Below, one piece after another: positions 38,634-50,362 of a DNA stretch of 64,000 bases; within the stretch, counting starts at the first letter, position 1; every line of letters begins with the position of its first letter. The DNA is from an uncultured delta proteobacterium. GTDB taxonomy: Bacteria > Desulfobacterota > Desulfobacteria > Desulfobacterales > SG8-13. The stretch is from positions 18,649-82,648 of the forward strand of contig CAWAAN010000017.1 of assembly GCA_963779885.1 (NCBI GenBank), read 5' to 3'. The position numbers and the translations under genes are program-made. The notes below the pieces were generated by a model. The model was given only the letters and a program-made list of their open reading frames with translations. It did not search any database and was not told where the DNA came from.

Positions 38634-39221
38634 TCATATGAACATGGTAATCCGACTGTTGTTCGCTTCTTCGAGGAACTTGGCTACGCCGCAAAATGTC
38701 AGGTCTTTGTAATCGATCATTTCCTCGCGCTTGAACCCCATCAGGTCCATGGACATTTCGCAGACGTAGATTTTGACACCCAGCTCCTCGGCCATCTCCA
38801 GCATCTGTTCGAGCGTGGCGACATTTTTTTTCTTCATCAGGGACCTCATCATGGCCGTGCCCATGCCGCCCATGTTCATTTTCGAGAGCTTCACCTCGCT
38901 GGTTCCCTTGGGCAGCATGGTCGCGAACATTTTGGCCATGGTATCCTTGCCGCCGACCCTCTTTTTCTTGTCCCTCAAGACCGGTGTACCCCAAAAAGTA
39001 AAGAACATCACGGCTTCCATCCCCATGGCGACGGCTCCGGTGGCGATGACAAAAGCGGCCAGGACCTTGTCCAGGTCACCGCTGAAGACGATGGTGGCGA
39101 CCTTGGGTTCGGTCGCCTTTTTGTCCAGTACATCGATTCGGCCCTTCAGGGCCGCCAGTTGTTCTTCGATCTGTTGCAAACTGACATCTGGCTGTTGAAT
39201 GGCACTCTCGGCTTGTGGCAT
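38634..39221 (-). CDS. DsrE/DsrF/DrsH-like (DsrE2/YrkE-type) sulfurtransferase with N-terminal coiled coil
   Basis: IVFSGDLDK..AFVIATGA, MFFTFWG, LSKMNMGGMG, VCEMSMDLMG, GVAKFL. Confidence 0.9.
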   Translation of the reverse strand: MPQAESAIQQPDVSLQQIEEQLAALKGRIDVLDKKATEPKVATIVFSGDLDKVLAAFVIATGAVAMGMEAVMFFTFWGTPVLRDKKKRVGGKDTMAKMFATMLPKGTSEVKLSKMNMGGMGTAMMRSLMKKKNVATLEQMLEMAEELGVKIYVCEMSMDLMGFKREEMIDYKDLTFCGVAKFLEEANNSRITMFI

Positions 39222-39378
39222 GGCTTCCTCCGCTGCGTTAAAATGGTTTGCAGAAAAATAACAATCGTGCTGATATTTTCGTCAATGGGCGCGTTCGTCT
39301 ATAGGGTGAACTATTTATTTGACTGATTTTCACCCCACAGTCTCCAGCGCGATCCGCCGCAATGGTGCCGAAAACGGG

Positions 39379-39858
39379 TCAGTCCATCATGTCTTTGACC
39401 GCTTCCATCGATGATTTGAGCAGTTCGAGATCAATCAGCATGAGCTTTCTTTGCTCCGGTGAAATCCGCAACAGAACCTGGTGGTGAACCTCGTCCATAA
39501 ACGCTTTGATGTCGGTCAACTTTTTATGCCCCTCGGACGAGAGACTCAACAGGTGTACCCGCGAATCCTCCGGGTCCTTGATGCGCTGAACGTAACCCTT
39601 TCGGGTGAGGCCATCGATGATTTTGGAGATGCGGCTCTTGACGACATTCATCTTCTGGGCGATGCCCTTGGGCGTGAGGTAGCGCTCCTCGCCGAAAAGC
39701 AGCAGACAACGCAACTCGGCGTCCGGCAGATCGAACCGATCGCTCTGGTACTGCATCCGTTCCTGACAGCACTGGTACAACCGATTCACCAGGCGCTGGA
39801 ACTGTTCCAGTTGATATGACGATATGTCACTGGCGTGGGCATCGGCTTGATGATTCAT
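39379..39858 (-). CDS. MarR family transcriptional regulator with three cysteines
   Basis: Winged HTH IAQKMNVVKSRISKIIDGL..KGYVQR..DPEDSR; CCQER and LRCLL. Confidence 0.9.
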   Translation of the reverse strand: MNHQADAHASDISSYQLEQFQRLVNRLYQCCQERMQYQSDRFDLPDAELRCLLLFGEERYLTPKGIAQKMNVVKSRISKIIDGLTRKGYVQRIKDPEDSRVHLLSLSSEGHKKLTDIKAFMDEVHHQVLLRISPEQRKLMLIDLELLKSSMEAVKDMMD

Positions 39859-39901
39859 GGCATGAACAATATGCCTCCTTATGGCGTCTGTCAAGCTTTT
39901 A

Positions 39902-39922
39902 TTCAATAATACCATTATTAAA
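39902..39922. promoter_or_regulatory. Candidate MarR operator palindrome
   Basis: TTCAATAAT-ACC-ATTATTAAA, immediately upstream of a minus-strand TTGACA-N17-TATTGT. Confidence 0.45.
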
Positions 39923-40193
39923 TTTTATCCCATTAATACAAGTTCTTAAGATTAAAAATCCGATTTATAACAATGATTTAATTTAATTTCCCATGTAAAC
40001 CTTTTAAGCGGCGTCGAAAGGAAATTATTTGCTTGGGATCGATCGCTAGCCGACAGGCCGAGTGTGGCGCCTGCCGGCAAACAGATGTTCAGTGGCCTTG
40101 TGGTGGGTTCCGGCAATCGAAAGAAATGCCTCTACGCCATAAAGTAGTGGTTTTGACGACTGTTTTTCCAGACCAATGTTCGGCGCGGGTTTA

Positions 40194-40348
40194 AGGGCTC
40201 ACGAAAGAATAAAATCACCATTTTCGGCATTGAGACGCCCGGCCGTCAAGGGCAAAAATTTAGTAAAATTGGGATATTAAAGAGCTTTCGAAACGCAGGA
40301 GGGTGGGATGTATCGGCGTTTAAAATAGGAAGTTATTTGAGCGAGCCC
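40194..40348 (+). repeat. About 155-bp MITE-like element, copy B (inverted relative to copy A)
   Basis: AGGGCTCACGAAAG..TTGAGACGCCCGGCCG..GGGATATT..GGGATGTATCGGCGT..TTGAGCGAGCCC. Confidence 0.8.
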
Positions 40349-40433
40349 CAAGAATACGGCGAGGCGGGCAGGGGTGAAATAAACGCCCGTCGACAATACT
40401 GCAACGTTGAGAAGATGAGGGAATACGCGAAGC

Positions 40434-41207
40434 TTAAAAAGACAGGCCGGCTTCGAGGAATGGTCCGTTTATCACGGCGTCAATGGCTTGGCCGTCGTAC
40501 TCGATTTCATACTTGTTGAACCGGTAGCCGCCGGCGGCATAAACCGGACCGAAGGCGCCCCACCGCAAGAGGCCGGTCAGGCCGTAAGATGTATTGCCGC
40601 CCATGGAAATCCCCCGGCCTTCCGCCTCCAGGGAAACCGCCGCCAGGGGATGGAACTTCAGCGTGGCAAAAATCATCGGCAGCGCTATGGCAGAGTCGGT
40701 CGATGTCCGTTCGACCGCTTCCCGCTTGAGATCCGCTTCGACATCGATGGCCCGCAGCTTGACGCCCACATCGAGGTTGAGCCGGTCGCGGGAGAGGGCG
40801 TTGACAAAAGGAATTGCATAATAGAGGGCCACATTGAAATCACTCAGACTGACACCGGAATCCAGGGCGACATTTTCTCCGAGGCCGCTGGCGCCAAAAT
40901 CGAGGCGCAGGTTATTCAGATTCGTGCCCTCGTATCTAACGGGCGTGACTGTCACACAGATATTCGGCAGATAGGCCGATACATCCACGACTAACTGTCC
41001 GAAAATATTTTCGTTATCACCAATACCCCTTTTTCCGGCGGCAGCCCCCGACTTAACCGGCCCAATGGTCGCGGCGGCCCATTCCCCGGCGGTGGACCGG
41101 CTCGAGGTGCTCCATGGGGCGGTATCCGGCGTCAGGTCACCGCCCATGGCGGGCAGGGCGGTCACCAGCAGGAGGGCCGCGGCAATACCCATGATAATAT
41201 TTTTCAT
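40434..41207 (-). CDS. Outer-membrane beta-barrel protein (TIGR04219-like)
   Basis: Signal peptide MKNIIMGIAAALL, amphipathic strands, C-terminal GPFLEAGLSF. Confidence 0.7.
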   Translation of the reverse strand: MKNIIMGIAAALLLVTALPAMGGDLTPDTAPWSTSSRSTAGEWAAATIGPVKSGAAAGKRGIGDNENIFGQLVVDVSAYLPNICVTVTPVRYEGTNLNNLRLDFGASGLGENVALDSGVSLSDFNVALYYAIPFVNALSRDRLNLDVGVKLRAIDVEADLKREAVERTSTDSAIALPMIFATLKFHPLAAVSLEAEGRGISMGGNTSYGLTGLLRWGAFGPVYAAGGYRFNKYEIEYDGQAIDAVINGPFLEAGLSF

Positions 41208-41418
41208 CGTCTTTTTGTCCCTGCTAAAACGCTGAACCGGATAGCGCACCGCAAAAAAACACCAAGACACTACTTAACATCCTATCAGCATGTCACCTGG
41301 ATGTCAATTCTCCGCGCCTTTTAATGTATAGCATTGTATTATATTAGATTTCTTTTAATTACATTGGCCGACGCACACTGCACCCCTGACGATGGCGACG
41401 CTTGGAATTTCAGTAGAC

Positions 41419-42126
41419 TCAAATGCCCAGATAAGCGCGGCGCACATCATCGTTGGCAAGCAGTTTGCCGGCCGAATCCGCGAGCGTGATTTTTCCGGTT
41501 TCCATGACGTAGCCGCGGTGGGCCACCTTCAAGGCGAGATTGGCATTTTGCTCGACTAAAAAAATGGTCGTGTTGCTCTCGGCATTTATTTTTTTAATGA
41601 TATCGAAAATCTGGCGCACGATGATCGGGGCCAGACCCAGCGACGGCTCGTCCATCAGCAACAGTCGCGGCCGGGCCATCAGGGCGCGCGAAATCGCCAG
41701 CATCTGCTGTTCCCCGCCGCTGAGCGTGCCGCCCGCCTGTCCCCGGCGCTCGGCCAGGATAGGAAACAGCGAAAAAATATAGTCGATGTCCTTTTTCACA
41801 TCGTCCTTGTCGGAACGCAGAAAGGCCCCCATGTCCAGATTCTCCATCACGGAAAGATGGGGAAAAATTCGCCGTCCTTCAGGCACCTGGCTGATGCCCA
41901 GGGCCACGATCTTGTTGGGGCTGAGGTCGTGAATGGAGTGGCCCATGAAATGAATTTCACCGGAGCGCGGGGGAACAATGCCGCAGATCGACATCAGGGT
42001 CGTGCTTTTGCCGGCGCCGTTGGCACCGATAAGGGTGATGATTTCGCCTTGCGAAATCTTGATGCTGATCCCCTTCAAGGCCTGGATGTTGCCGTAAAAA
42101 GTTTCGACGTTCCTCAGCTCAAGCAT
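41419..42126 (-). CDS. livF: Branched-chain amino acid ABC transporter ATP-binding protein
   Basis: GANGAGKST, VPEGRRIF, LSGGEQQML. Confidence 0.93.
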   Translation of the reverse strand: MLELRNVETFYGNIQALKGISIKISQGEIITLIGANGAGKSTTLMSICGIVPPRSGEIHFMGHSIHDLSPNKIVALGISQVPEGRRIFPHLSVMENLDMGAFLRSDKDDVKKDIDYIFSLFPILAERRGQAGGTLSGGEQQMLAISRALMARPRLLLMDEPSLGLAPIIVRQIFDIIKKINAESNTTIFLVEQNANLALKVAHRGYVMETGKITLADSAGKLLANDDVRRAYLGI

Positions 42127-42907
42127 CGATATCTTCCCCGAGGTAAGCCTTGATGACAACCGGGTTGTTTTTGATGTCCGCGGGTGTCCCCTGCGCGATT
42201 TTTTTCCCGTAATCGACCACGAAGATGCGGTCGGAAAGGCTCATCACCAGCTTCATGTCGTGCTCGATGAGCAGGATGGTCACCTCTTCCTGGTCGCGCA
42301 GCCTGAGGATCAATTCGTCGAGTTCATCCGTCTCGCGCGGGTTCAGCCCGGCGGCCGGTTCGTCGAGCAGCAGGATGAACGGATCGGTGGCCAGAGCCCG
42401 CGCGATTTCAAGCCGCCGCTGGGCACCGTAGGGCAGATTCTTGGCAAACTCGTTGACGAACCGTTCCAGGCCGATCTTCTCCAGAATGCGGTAACTGTCA
42501 TCCACCACCCGCCGCTCTTCCTGGCGGGTCGCCGGCGGCCGGAAAATCGCCCCGGCAATGCTGGATTTCAGGCGGCAGTGGCGGCCCACCATGATATTTT
42601 CGAGCACCGTCATGTTGGGAAAAAGCCGGATGTTCTGAAATGTGCGCGCCAGGCCGACTTCGGTCACCTTGTTGGGTTTGAGCCCGTTGAGCTTTACTGG
42701 CCGGCCGCGGGGGGTGCGGGCGGTCATGTCCCCTTTCGTGGGCGGATAAATTCCGGTGATGCAGTTGAAGAAGGTGGTCTTGCCGGCACCGTTGGGACCG
42801 ATCAAGGCGACGATCTCGCCCCTGCGCATGTCAAGATCGACGCCATCCAGGGCGCGCAGGCCACCGAAGTCCATGGTGAGATTTTTAACTTCCAGAATCG
42901 GCTCCAT
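42119..42907 (-). CDS. livG: Branched-chain amino acid ABC transporter ATP-binding protein
   Basis: GPNGAGKTT, ARTFQNIRLF, LPYGAQRRLEIARAL. Confidence 0.93.
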   Translation of the reverse strand: MEPILEVKNLTMDFGGLRALDGVDLDMRRGEIVALIGPNGAGKTTFFNCITGIYPPTKGDMTARTPRGRPVKLNGLKPNKVTEVGLARTFQNIRLFPNMTVLENIMVGRHCRLKSSIAGAIFRPPATRQEERRVVDDSYRILEKIGLERFVNEFAKNLPYGAQRRLEIARALATDPFILLLDEPAAGLNPRETDELDELILRLRDQEEVTILLIEHDMKLVMSLSDRIFVVDYGKKIAQGTPADIKNNPVVIKAYLGEDIDA

Positions 42908-42921
42908 AGATCGTTTGCCCG

Positions 42922-44181
42922 TCACACCTCGATGAATGATGCCTTCTCGCGTTTGGGAGGAATTTTAAATTCGTAGGATCGCCGCACGTTGCTGATGATG
43001 CCGCCGGGTCGAAACACCATCATCGTCACCAGAAGGGCCCCGAAAATGAGCATGCGGTATTCGGAAAAAGCCCGCAGGTATTCCGGCAGCAGAATCAGGA
43101 CCAGGGCCCCGAATATCACCCCCACGATCGAACCCATCCCGCCCAGAACAACGATGCACAGAATGATGACCGACTCCCAGATGGTGAAACTGGCCGGGTT
43201 GATGAAGGTGGTCTTGGCCGCGAAAACCACCCCGGCCATGCCGGCCCAGGTGGCCCCCAGGGCAAAGGCGGTCAGCTTGGTCTTGGTGCGGTCGATGCCC
43301 ATGGCCTGGCAGGCAACTTCATCCTCCCTGAGGGCGATCCAGGCGCGTCCGATACGTGAATCCTGAAGCCGATTGACCACGAAGATGGTAAAAATAACCA
43401 GACCGATCATGAGGAAATAGATGAAGGTGGTCGATTGTTCCAGGGACATCTCGATGCCGAACACGCCGGGTCGCGGAATATTGGCGATGCCGCTCGGCCC
43501 GAAGGAAAAATCGTTCCAGTTTTCGAGCACCAGGCGAATGATTTCGCCGAATCCCAGCGTGACGATCGCCAGATAGTCGCCCCTTAACCGCAGCACCGGG
43601 TAGCCGAGGAGAATCCCGAAGGTGGCTCCCACGCCGGCGCCGATCGGCAGGGCAAACCAGAAGTTGAGCCCGAAGTGATAGTTCAAGAGAGCGTAGGAAT
43701 AGGCCCCGACCGCATAAAACGCCACATAGCCCAGGTCGAGCAGGCCGGCGAGTCCCACCACGATGTTGATGCCCAAACCGAGCATCACGTAAATCAGGGC
43801 GTTGACCATGATATTGGTCTGATAAAGCGAAAAGACGAACGGCAAGGCAATGGCAAAAGCGGTTATGGCGGCCAGCAGCGGCAGATAGATCCGGCGATCG
43901 GACAATACTCGCCGCTGGAAGGACAAGCGCGTTTCGATTTGACCGTCCAGTGCTCGCTTTTGGCCCAACTCCTTGCGCCGCAGCAGATAGCGCCAGATAT
44001 GGGACAGCACGAAGCTGCCGATGCCCACCAGCAGCATGTTCTCCCAGCGCCACTCCACCCGCTTGTAGATGGTGTTGACCCGGATGACCATGATCGGAAA
44101 GGTCAGAAACATAAACCACAGGGAAACCAGCAGCGATTTCTTGAGTTCTTCGAGACGAATCAATTTTTTTGGTCCTGCCAC
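42922..44181 (-). CDS. livM: Branched-chain amino acid ABC transporter permease
   Basis: NIVVGLAGLLDLGY, LRGDYLAIVTLGFGEI. Confidence 0.92.
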   Translation of the reverse strand: MAGPKKLIRLEELKKSLLVSLWFMFLTFPIMVIRVNTIYKRVEWRWENMLLVGIGSFVLSHIWRYLLRRKELGQKRALDGQIETRLSFQRRVLSDRRIYLPLLAAITAFAIALPFVFSLYQTNIMVNALIYVMLGLGINIVVGLAGLLDLGYVAFYAVGAYSYALLNYHFGLNFWFALPIGAGVGATFGILLGYPVLRLRGDYLAIVTLGFGEIIRLVLENWNDFSFGPSGIANIPRPGVFGIEMSLEQSTTFIYFLMIGLVIFTIFVVNRLQDSRIGRAWIALREDEVACQAMGIDRTKTKLTAFALGATWAGMAGVVFAAKTTFINPASFTIWESVIILCIVVLGGMGSIVGVIFGALVLILLPEYLRAFSEYRMLIFGALLVTMMVFRPGGIISNVRRSYEFKIPPKREKASFIEV

Positions 44182-44244
44182 GCCGGCCGGACGCCGTCGG
44201 CGGCGCGGTCATCCGTTGCGGTTGGTTTGCAGTACGCCCGCCGG

Positions 44245-45160
44245 TTACACTTTCTGCGATTCCGAACGCCCCAGAATGCCCGACGGCCTGAAAATCAGAA
44301 TAAATACCAGAAACAGAAAAGCAAAGACATCTTCGTAGTCACTGGAAATATAGCCGGTGAAAAAGCTTTCGGTCCAGCCCAGCACCAGGCTGCCGAGCAC
44401 CGCCCCCGGGATGCTGCCGATCCCGCCCAGCACGGCGGCGACAAAGGCTTTGATGCCGGCTGAGAAAACCGATATAAAAATTGATCTGTCCGATGTGGGA
44501 GGCGATCAGCACGCCGCCGATGGCGGCCGTGGCCGAGCCGACGATGAAGGTCACCGAGATGACGCGGTCGACGTCCACCCCCACCAGCATGGCCATCTGC
44601 TTGTCCTGCGAAACCGCCCGCATGGCCTTGCCGATCCGGGTGAATTTGATCAAAATAGTCAGCAGGATCATGACGATGGCGGTGGTGACGTAAATGACGA
44701 TTTGCGAGGAGCGGACCAGGTGTTCCCAGGGCTTGAGCCACTCGAATTCGGGGATGAGGGCCGGAAAGGGCAGAAAATCCGAGGTCTGCGCCAGCAGCAC
44801 GTAATTCTGAAGAAAAAGCGACATGCCGATGGCGCTGATCAGGGCCGAGAGACGCGGCGCGTTGCGCAGCGGTCTGTAAGCGATCTTCTCGACCGTGTAG
44901 CCGTAGGCCGAGGAATACACCACCGCCACCGCGGCGGCGATAAAGAGAATGGCAACCGAATTCCAGCCCATCATCGTCAGGACACCGGTGACGATCAGGG
45001 CTGTGAAGGCGCCGATCATGTAAATCTCGCCGTGGGCGAAGTTGATGAGTTCGATGATTCCGTAAACCATGGTATAGCCCAGGGCGATCAGGGCATAGAT
45101 GCTTCCGCGGGTCAGACCCGCCAGAAACAGCTCCATGAAGTAGTCGAAATCCCAGTACAT
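44245..45160 (-). pseudogene. livH: LivH permease split by a +1 frameshift (genuine or sequencing error)
   Basis: Minus strand GGT TTT CTC A GCC GGC ATC AAA; removing base 44461 restores FYIGFLAGIKAFVAAVLGGIGS. Confidence 0.85.
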
Positions 45161-45184
45161 GGTTGTCTCCGTGAAAAGCAATCA

Positions 45185-45211
45185 GGGAAAAGGCGCAGAG
45201 CGCCTTTTCCC
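45185..45211. terminator. Perfect 12-bp hairpin downstream of the binding-protein gene
   Basis: GGGAAAAGGCGC-AGA-GCGCCTTTTCCC. Confidence 0.65.
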
Positions 45212-45230
45212 CTTTTTTTCGCCCGGATGC

Positions 45231-46355
45231 CTACTTCACCTCGACGAATTTGCCGTTTTTCACCTGGTAGACCGAGAACCCGACCCCGGTGGCATCGCCC
45301 CTCTCGTCAAAACGGATCGATCCCAGCGGGGTGTCCACATCACTGGTCTGCAAGGCCTTGCGCAAAGCGTCGTAGTCGGTGGAGCCGGCTTTTTCGATGG
45401 CATTGAGCAGTGCCAGGGTGGCGGCATAGGCCTGGGGATAGAAGGCGCCGGGGTCCTCGCCGTAGGTCTTGCGGTGTTCTTCGACCGCCTGGTTATACAT
45501 GGCATTGCTGGAAAGGTCCCTGGGACCGGTGGCAAAAACGCCCTCGGCATACTGGCCGGCAACCTTGATAAAGGTGTCATCTTTGACGCCGTCATCGGAA
45601 ACAAAGGGTGTCTTCATCTTTTTCTTGCGCATCTGGGTCACGATCTTCGAGGCTTCGGGATGATAGCCGCCGAAGATGACCGCATCGGCACCGGACTGTT
45701 TGATCTTCTGCACCACGGCCGAGTAATCGACCGCCCCCGGCGTCACCCCTTCGTAGAGCACCACCTGGGCGCGGGGATCTTTTTCAAGAAAGCTTTTGAC
45801 GAATTCAGCCAGCCCCTTGCCGTAGTCGCCCTTGTCGTGCAGCACGGCGATTTTCTTGGCTTTCAAGGTGTCGAGGGCGAAGTCGACCTGCAATCTGGCC
45901 TGCGCGTCGTCCGAGGCGATGGTCCGAAAAAAGTTCGGATAATCTCCGCTCTGGGTCAGGGCCGGGTTGGTGGCCGAGGGCGACATGGCGATTTTATTGG
46001 CATCCTTGTAGATGCCGAGCGCGGCCTTGGTGGCCCCGCTGCAGATGTGGCCCAGCACCACATCGACATTTTCGGAGATCAGCTTGGTGGCGGTGTTTGT
46101 GGCGATTTCGGGCTTGCAGACATCGTCTTCCACCAGCAGCTCCACCTGTTTGCCCATCACGCCGCCCTTGGCGTTGACCTTTTTGACGATGATTTCAGCC
46201 GCCCGGACGGTCGGGATGCCGTAGGACGCCAGATCGCCGCTGTGGGGGCCGGCGACGCCCAATTTTATGGTGTCGGCCGCAGCGCCGATTCCCACCAGCG
46301 AAAATACCAAAAACATTCCGACAATGGCGGTCACAACTGTTTTTCTCATGTTCAT
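45231..46355 (-). CDS. livK: Branched-chain amino acid ABC transporter substrate-binding protein
   Basis: Signal peptide, EDDVCKP, GHICSGAT, SPSATNP, FFRTIASDDAQ; GAGGAG RBS. Confidence 0.9.
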   Translation of the reverse strand: MNMRKTVVTAIVGMFLVFSLVGIGAAADTIKLGVAGPHSGDLASYGIPTVRAAEIIVKKVNAKGGVMGKQVELLVEDDVCKPEIATNTATKLISENVDVVLGHICSGATKAALGIYKDANKIAMSPSATNPALTQSGDYPNFFRTIASDDAQARLQVDFALDTLKAKKIAVLHDKGDYGKGLAEFVKSFLEKDPRAQVVLYEGVTPGAVDYSAVVQKIKQSGADAVIFGGYHPEASKIVTQMRKKKMKTPFVSDDGVKDDTFIKVAGQYAEGVFATGPRDLSSNAMYNQAVEEHRKTYGEDPGAFYPQAYAATLALLNAIEKAGSTDYDALRKALQTSDVDTPLGSIRFDERGDATGVGFSVYQVKNGKFVEVK

Positions 46356-46564
46356 CTTGCTCCTCCTCTTGGGGTGTTCTTGTTGTTGAAACCCATATCT
46401 CCCACTCGAATCCATTGTTTATAGAGCGGATGGACGGATCGAGTCAAGTCGAATTTATTTGGCGCCGCGCTAAAAAAATATTGCCGTTATGGCTACTTGC
46501 CTGTATGACTTCAACCGGATTCCGCACGTGAAATGCACTGCAATTTGGAGGAGAAGGTCATATC

Positions 46565-47419
46565 GTGAAAACGATCGGCATCGTCGTCAAGGCTGATCCG
46601 ATGGTCGGCCGTAAAGCGGACGAACTCGAAGGCTGGCTGGCCGAAAAAGGGGTGAAAACGCTGCGCAAGGAAAGCCGGCTGCCGCGGATGGGGCCTTCGG
46701 CGGATAAGACGGAGCAGGCGCCGGCGGATCTCTTCTGCATCCTGGTCCTGGGCGGCGATGGCACTTTTTTAAGCGCCGTGCGCTGGATCGGCGATTATCC
46801 CATCCCGATTCTGGGGATCAAGTTCGGCGAGGTCGGCTTTCTGGCCGAGATCACCGAAGACCGCCTCTTTGCGGTCGCGGAAACCATTTTGAGCGGCACC
46901 TTCGCCACGCAGCCCCGCATGCGCCTTTTGGTCAGGGTGTTGCGGGAAGGCCGTGAACGCGCCGTGGAAACGGTGCTCAACGACGTGGTGATCAACAAGG
47001 GCGCCCTGGCGCGCCTGGCCCATATCGAAACCTACATCGACGATCGCTACCTGACGGTCTATCGCGCCGACGGGCTCATCGTGGCCACCCCGACCGGCTC
47101 GACCGCCTACTCCCTGGCCGCCGGCGGACCGGTGATCCACCCGGCGGTGCCGGCCATGGTCATGACGCCGATCTGCCCGTTTACCCTCACCAACCGCCCC
47201 CTGATCATCCCCGACGCCGCCACCGTCACCATCAAACTGGAAAAAAGGTCGGCGGACATCATGCTCACCTTCGACGGCCAGCAGGGGCTCGCCATCGATG
47301 ATCGCGACACGATAGAGATCTGCAAGTCTCCGCACCCGATCCACATGGTCGCGGAGCCGAACCAGCCCTACTACGACGTCCTCAAGGCCAAGCTCAGATG
47401 GAGCGGCGGCCGCACCTGA
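46565..47419 (+). CDS. nadK: NAD kinase
   Basis: [35 protein letters not shown]. Confidence 0.95.
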   Translation: MKTIGIVVKADPMVGRKADELEGWLAEKGVKTLRKESRLPRMGPSADKTEQAPADLFCILVLGGDGTFLSAVRWIGDYPIPILGIKFGEVGFLAEITEDRLFAVAETILSGTFATQPRMRLLVRVLREGRERAVETVLNDVVINKGALARLAHIETYIDDRYLTVYRADGLIVATPTGSTAYSLAAGGPVIHPAVPAMVMTPICPFTLTNRPLIIPDAATVTIKLEKRSADIMLTFDGQQGLAIDDRDTIEICKSPHPIHMVAEPNQPYYDVLKAKLRWSGGRT

Positions 47420-47420
47420 T

Positions 47421-47841
47421 TTGAAACTTGAAATTCGATGTCATCAACTTAAAAAATCCCTTTGGAGGTCCCCCTTTGATAAAGGGGGATTCAGGGGGAT
47501 TTTAAGTGGTCATAAGAAATCCCCCCTGGCCCCCCTTTTTCAAAGGGGGGAAGATCAAGCCGTAAGGCAATGGCATGGACTTGAAACTCGGAACCTTAAA
47601 TCGGGTGTGACATTTCCCGCCTTCGCAACTAAACCGCCATGGTCCTGCGGGCCGCCACGGGGCAGGAAGAGGGGGTGAAGCAGAGACCTGGCGGTTAGAG
47701 CAGGTCAGGGGTCATGTTTGCAGACCTGCGGTGGATGCCGTTTTGGGTAGGGGCACGGCGCGCCGTGCCCCTACTGCGGCTTGGTTATCATTGAACCTTT
47801 TTTCAGCGCTCGTCGCGCTCGAGTTTCAAATTTCCAGTTTC
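47421..47841. repeat. Intergenic mosaic of REP-like repeats between convergent nadK and ahcY
   Basis: CCCCCTTTGATAAAGGGGGA and CCCCCCTTTTTCAAAGGGGGG hairpins (about 47470-47550); perfect 28-bp palindrome GTAGGGGCACGGCGCGCCGTGCCCCTAC (47747-47774); TTGAAACT / AGTTTCAA motifs at the ends. Confidence 0.8.
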
Positions 47842-47844
47842 CTC

Positions 47845-50290
<2,446 letters not shown>

Positions 50291-50362
50291 GTTCAGTCCT
50301 TTCCGACTGCAAGGGTTTTGTTGTTTGCGCCAGTGGCATTGGAATTACGCCGGCATGTCGTC

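Noticed and set aside
50291..50362. SAM riboswitch upstream of metK
   Set aside because: Only about 70 bp separate panC and metK and no SAM riboswitch consensus is visible.
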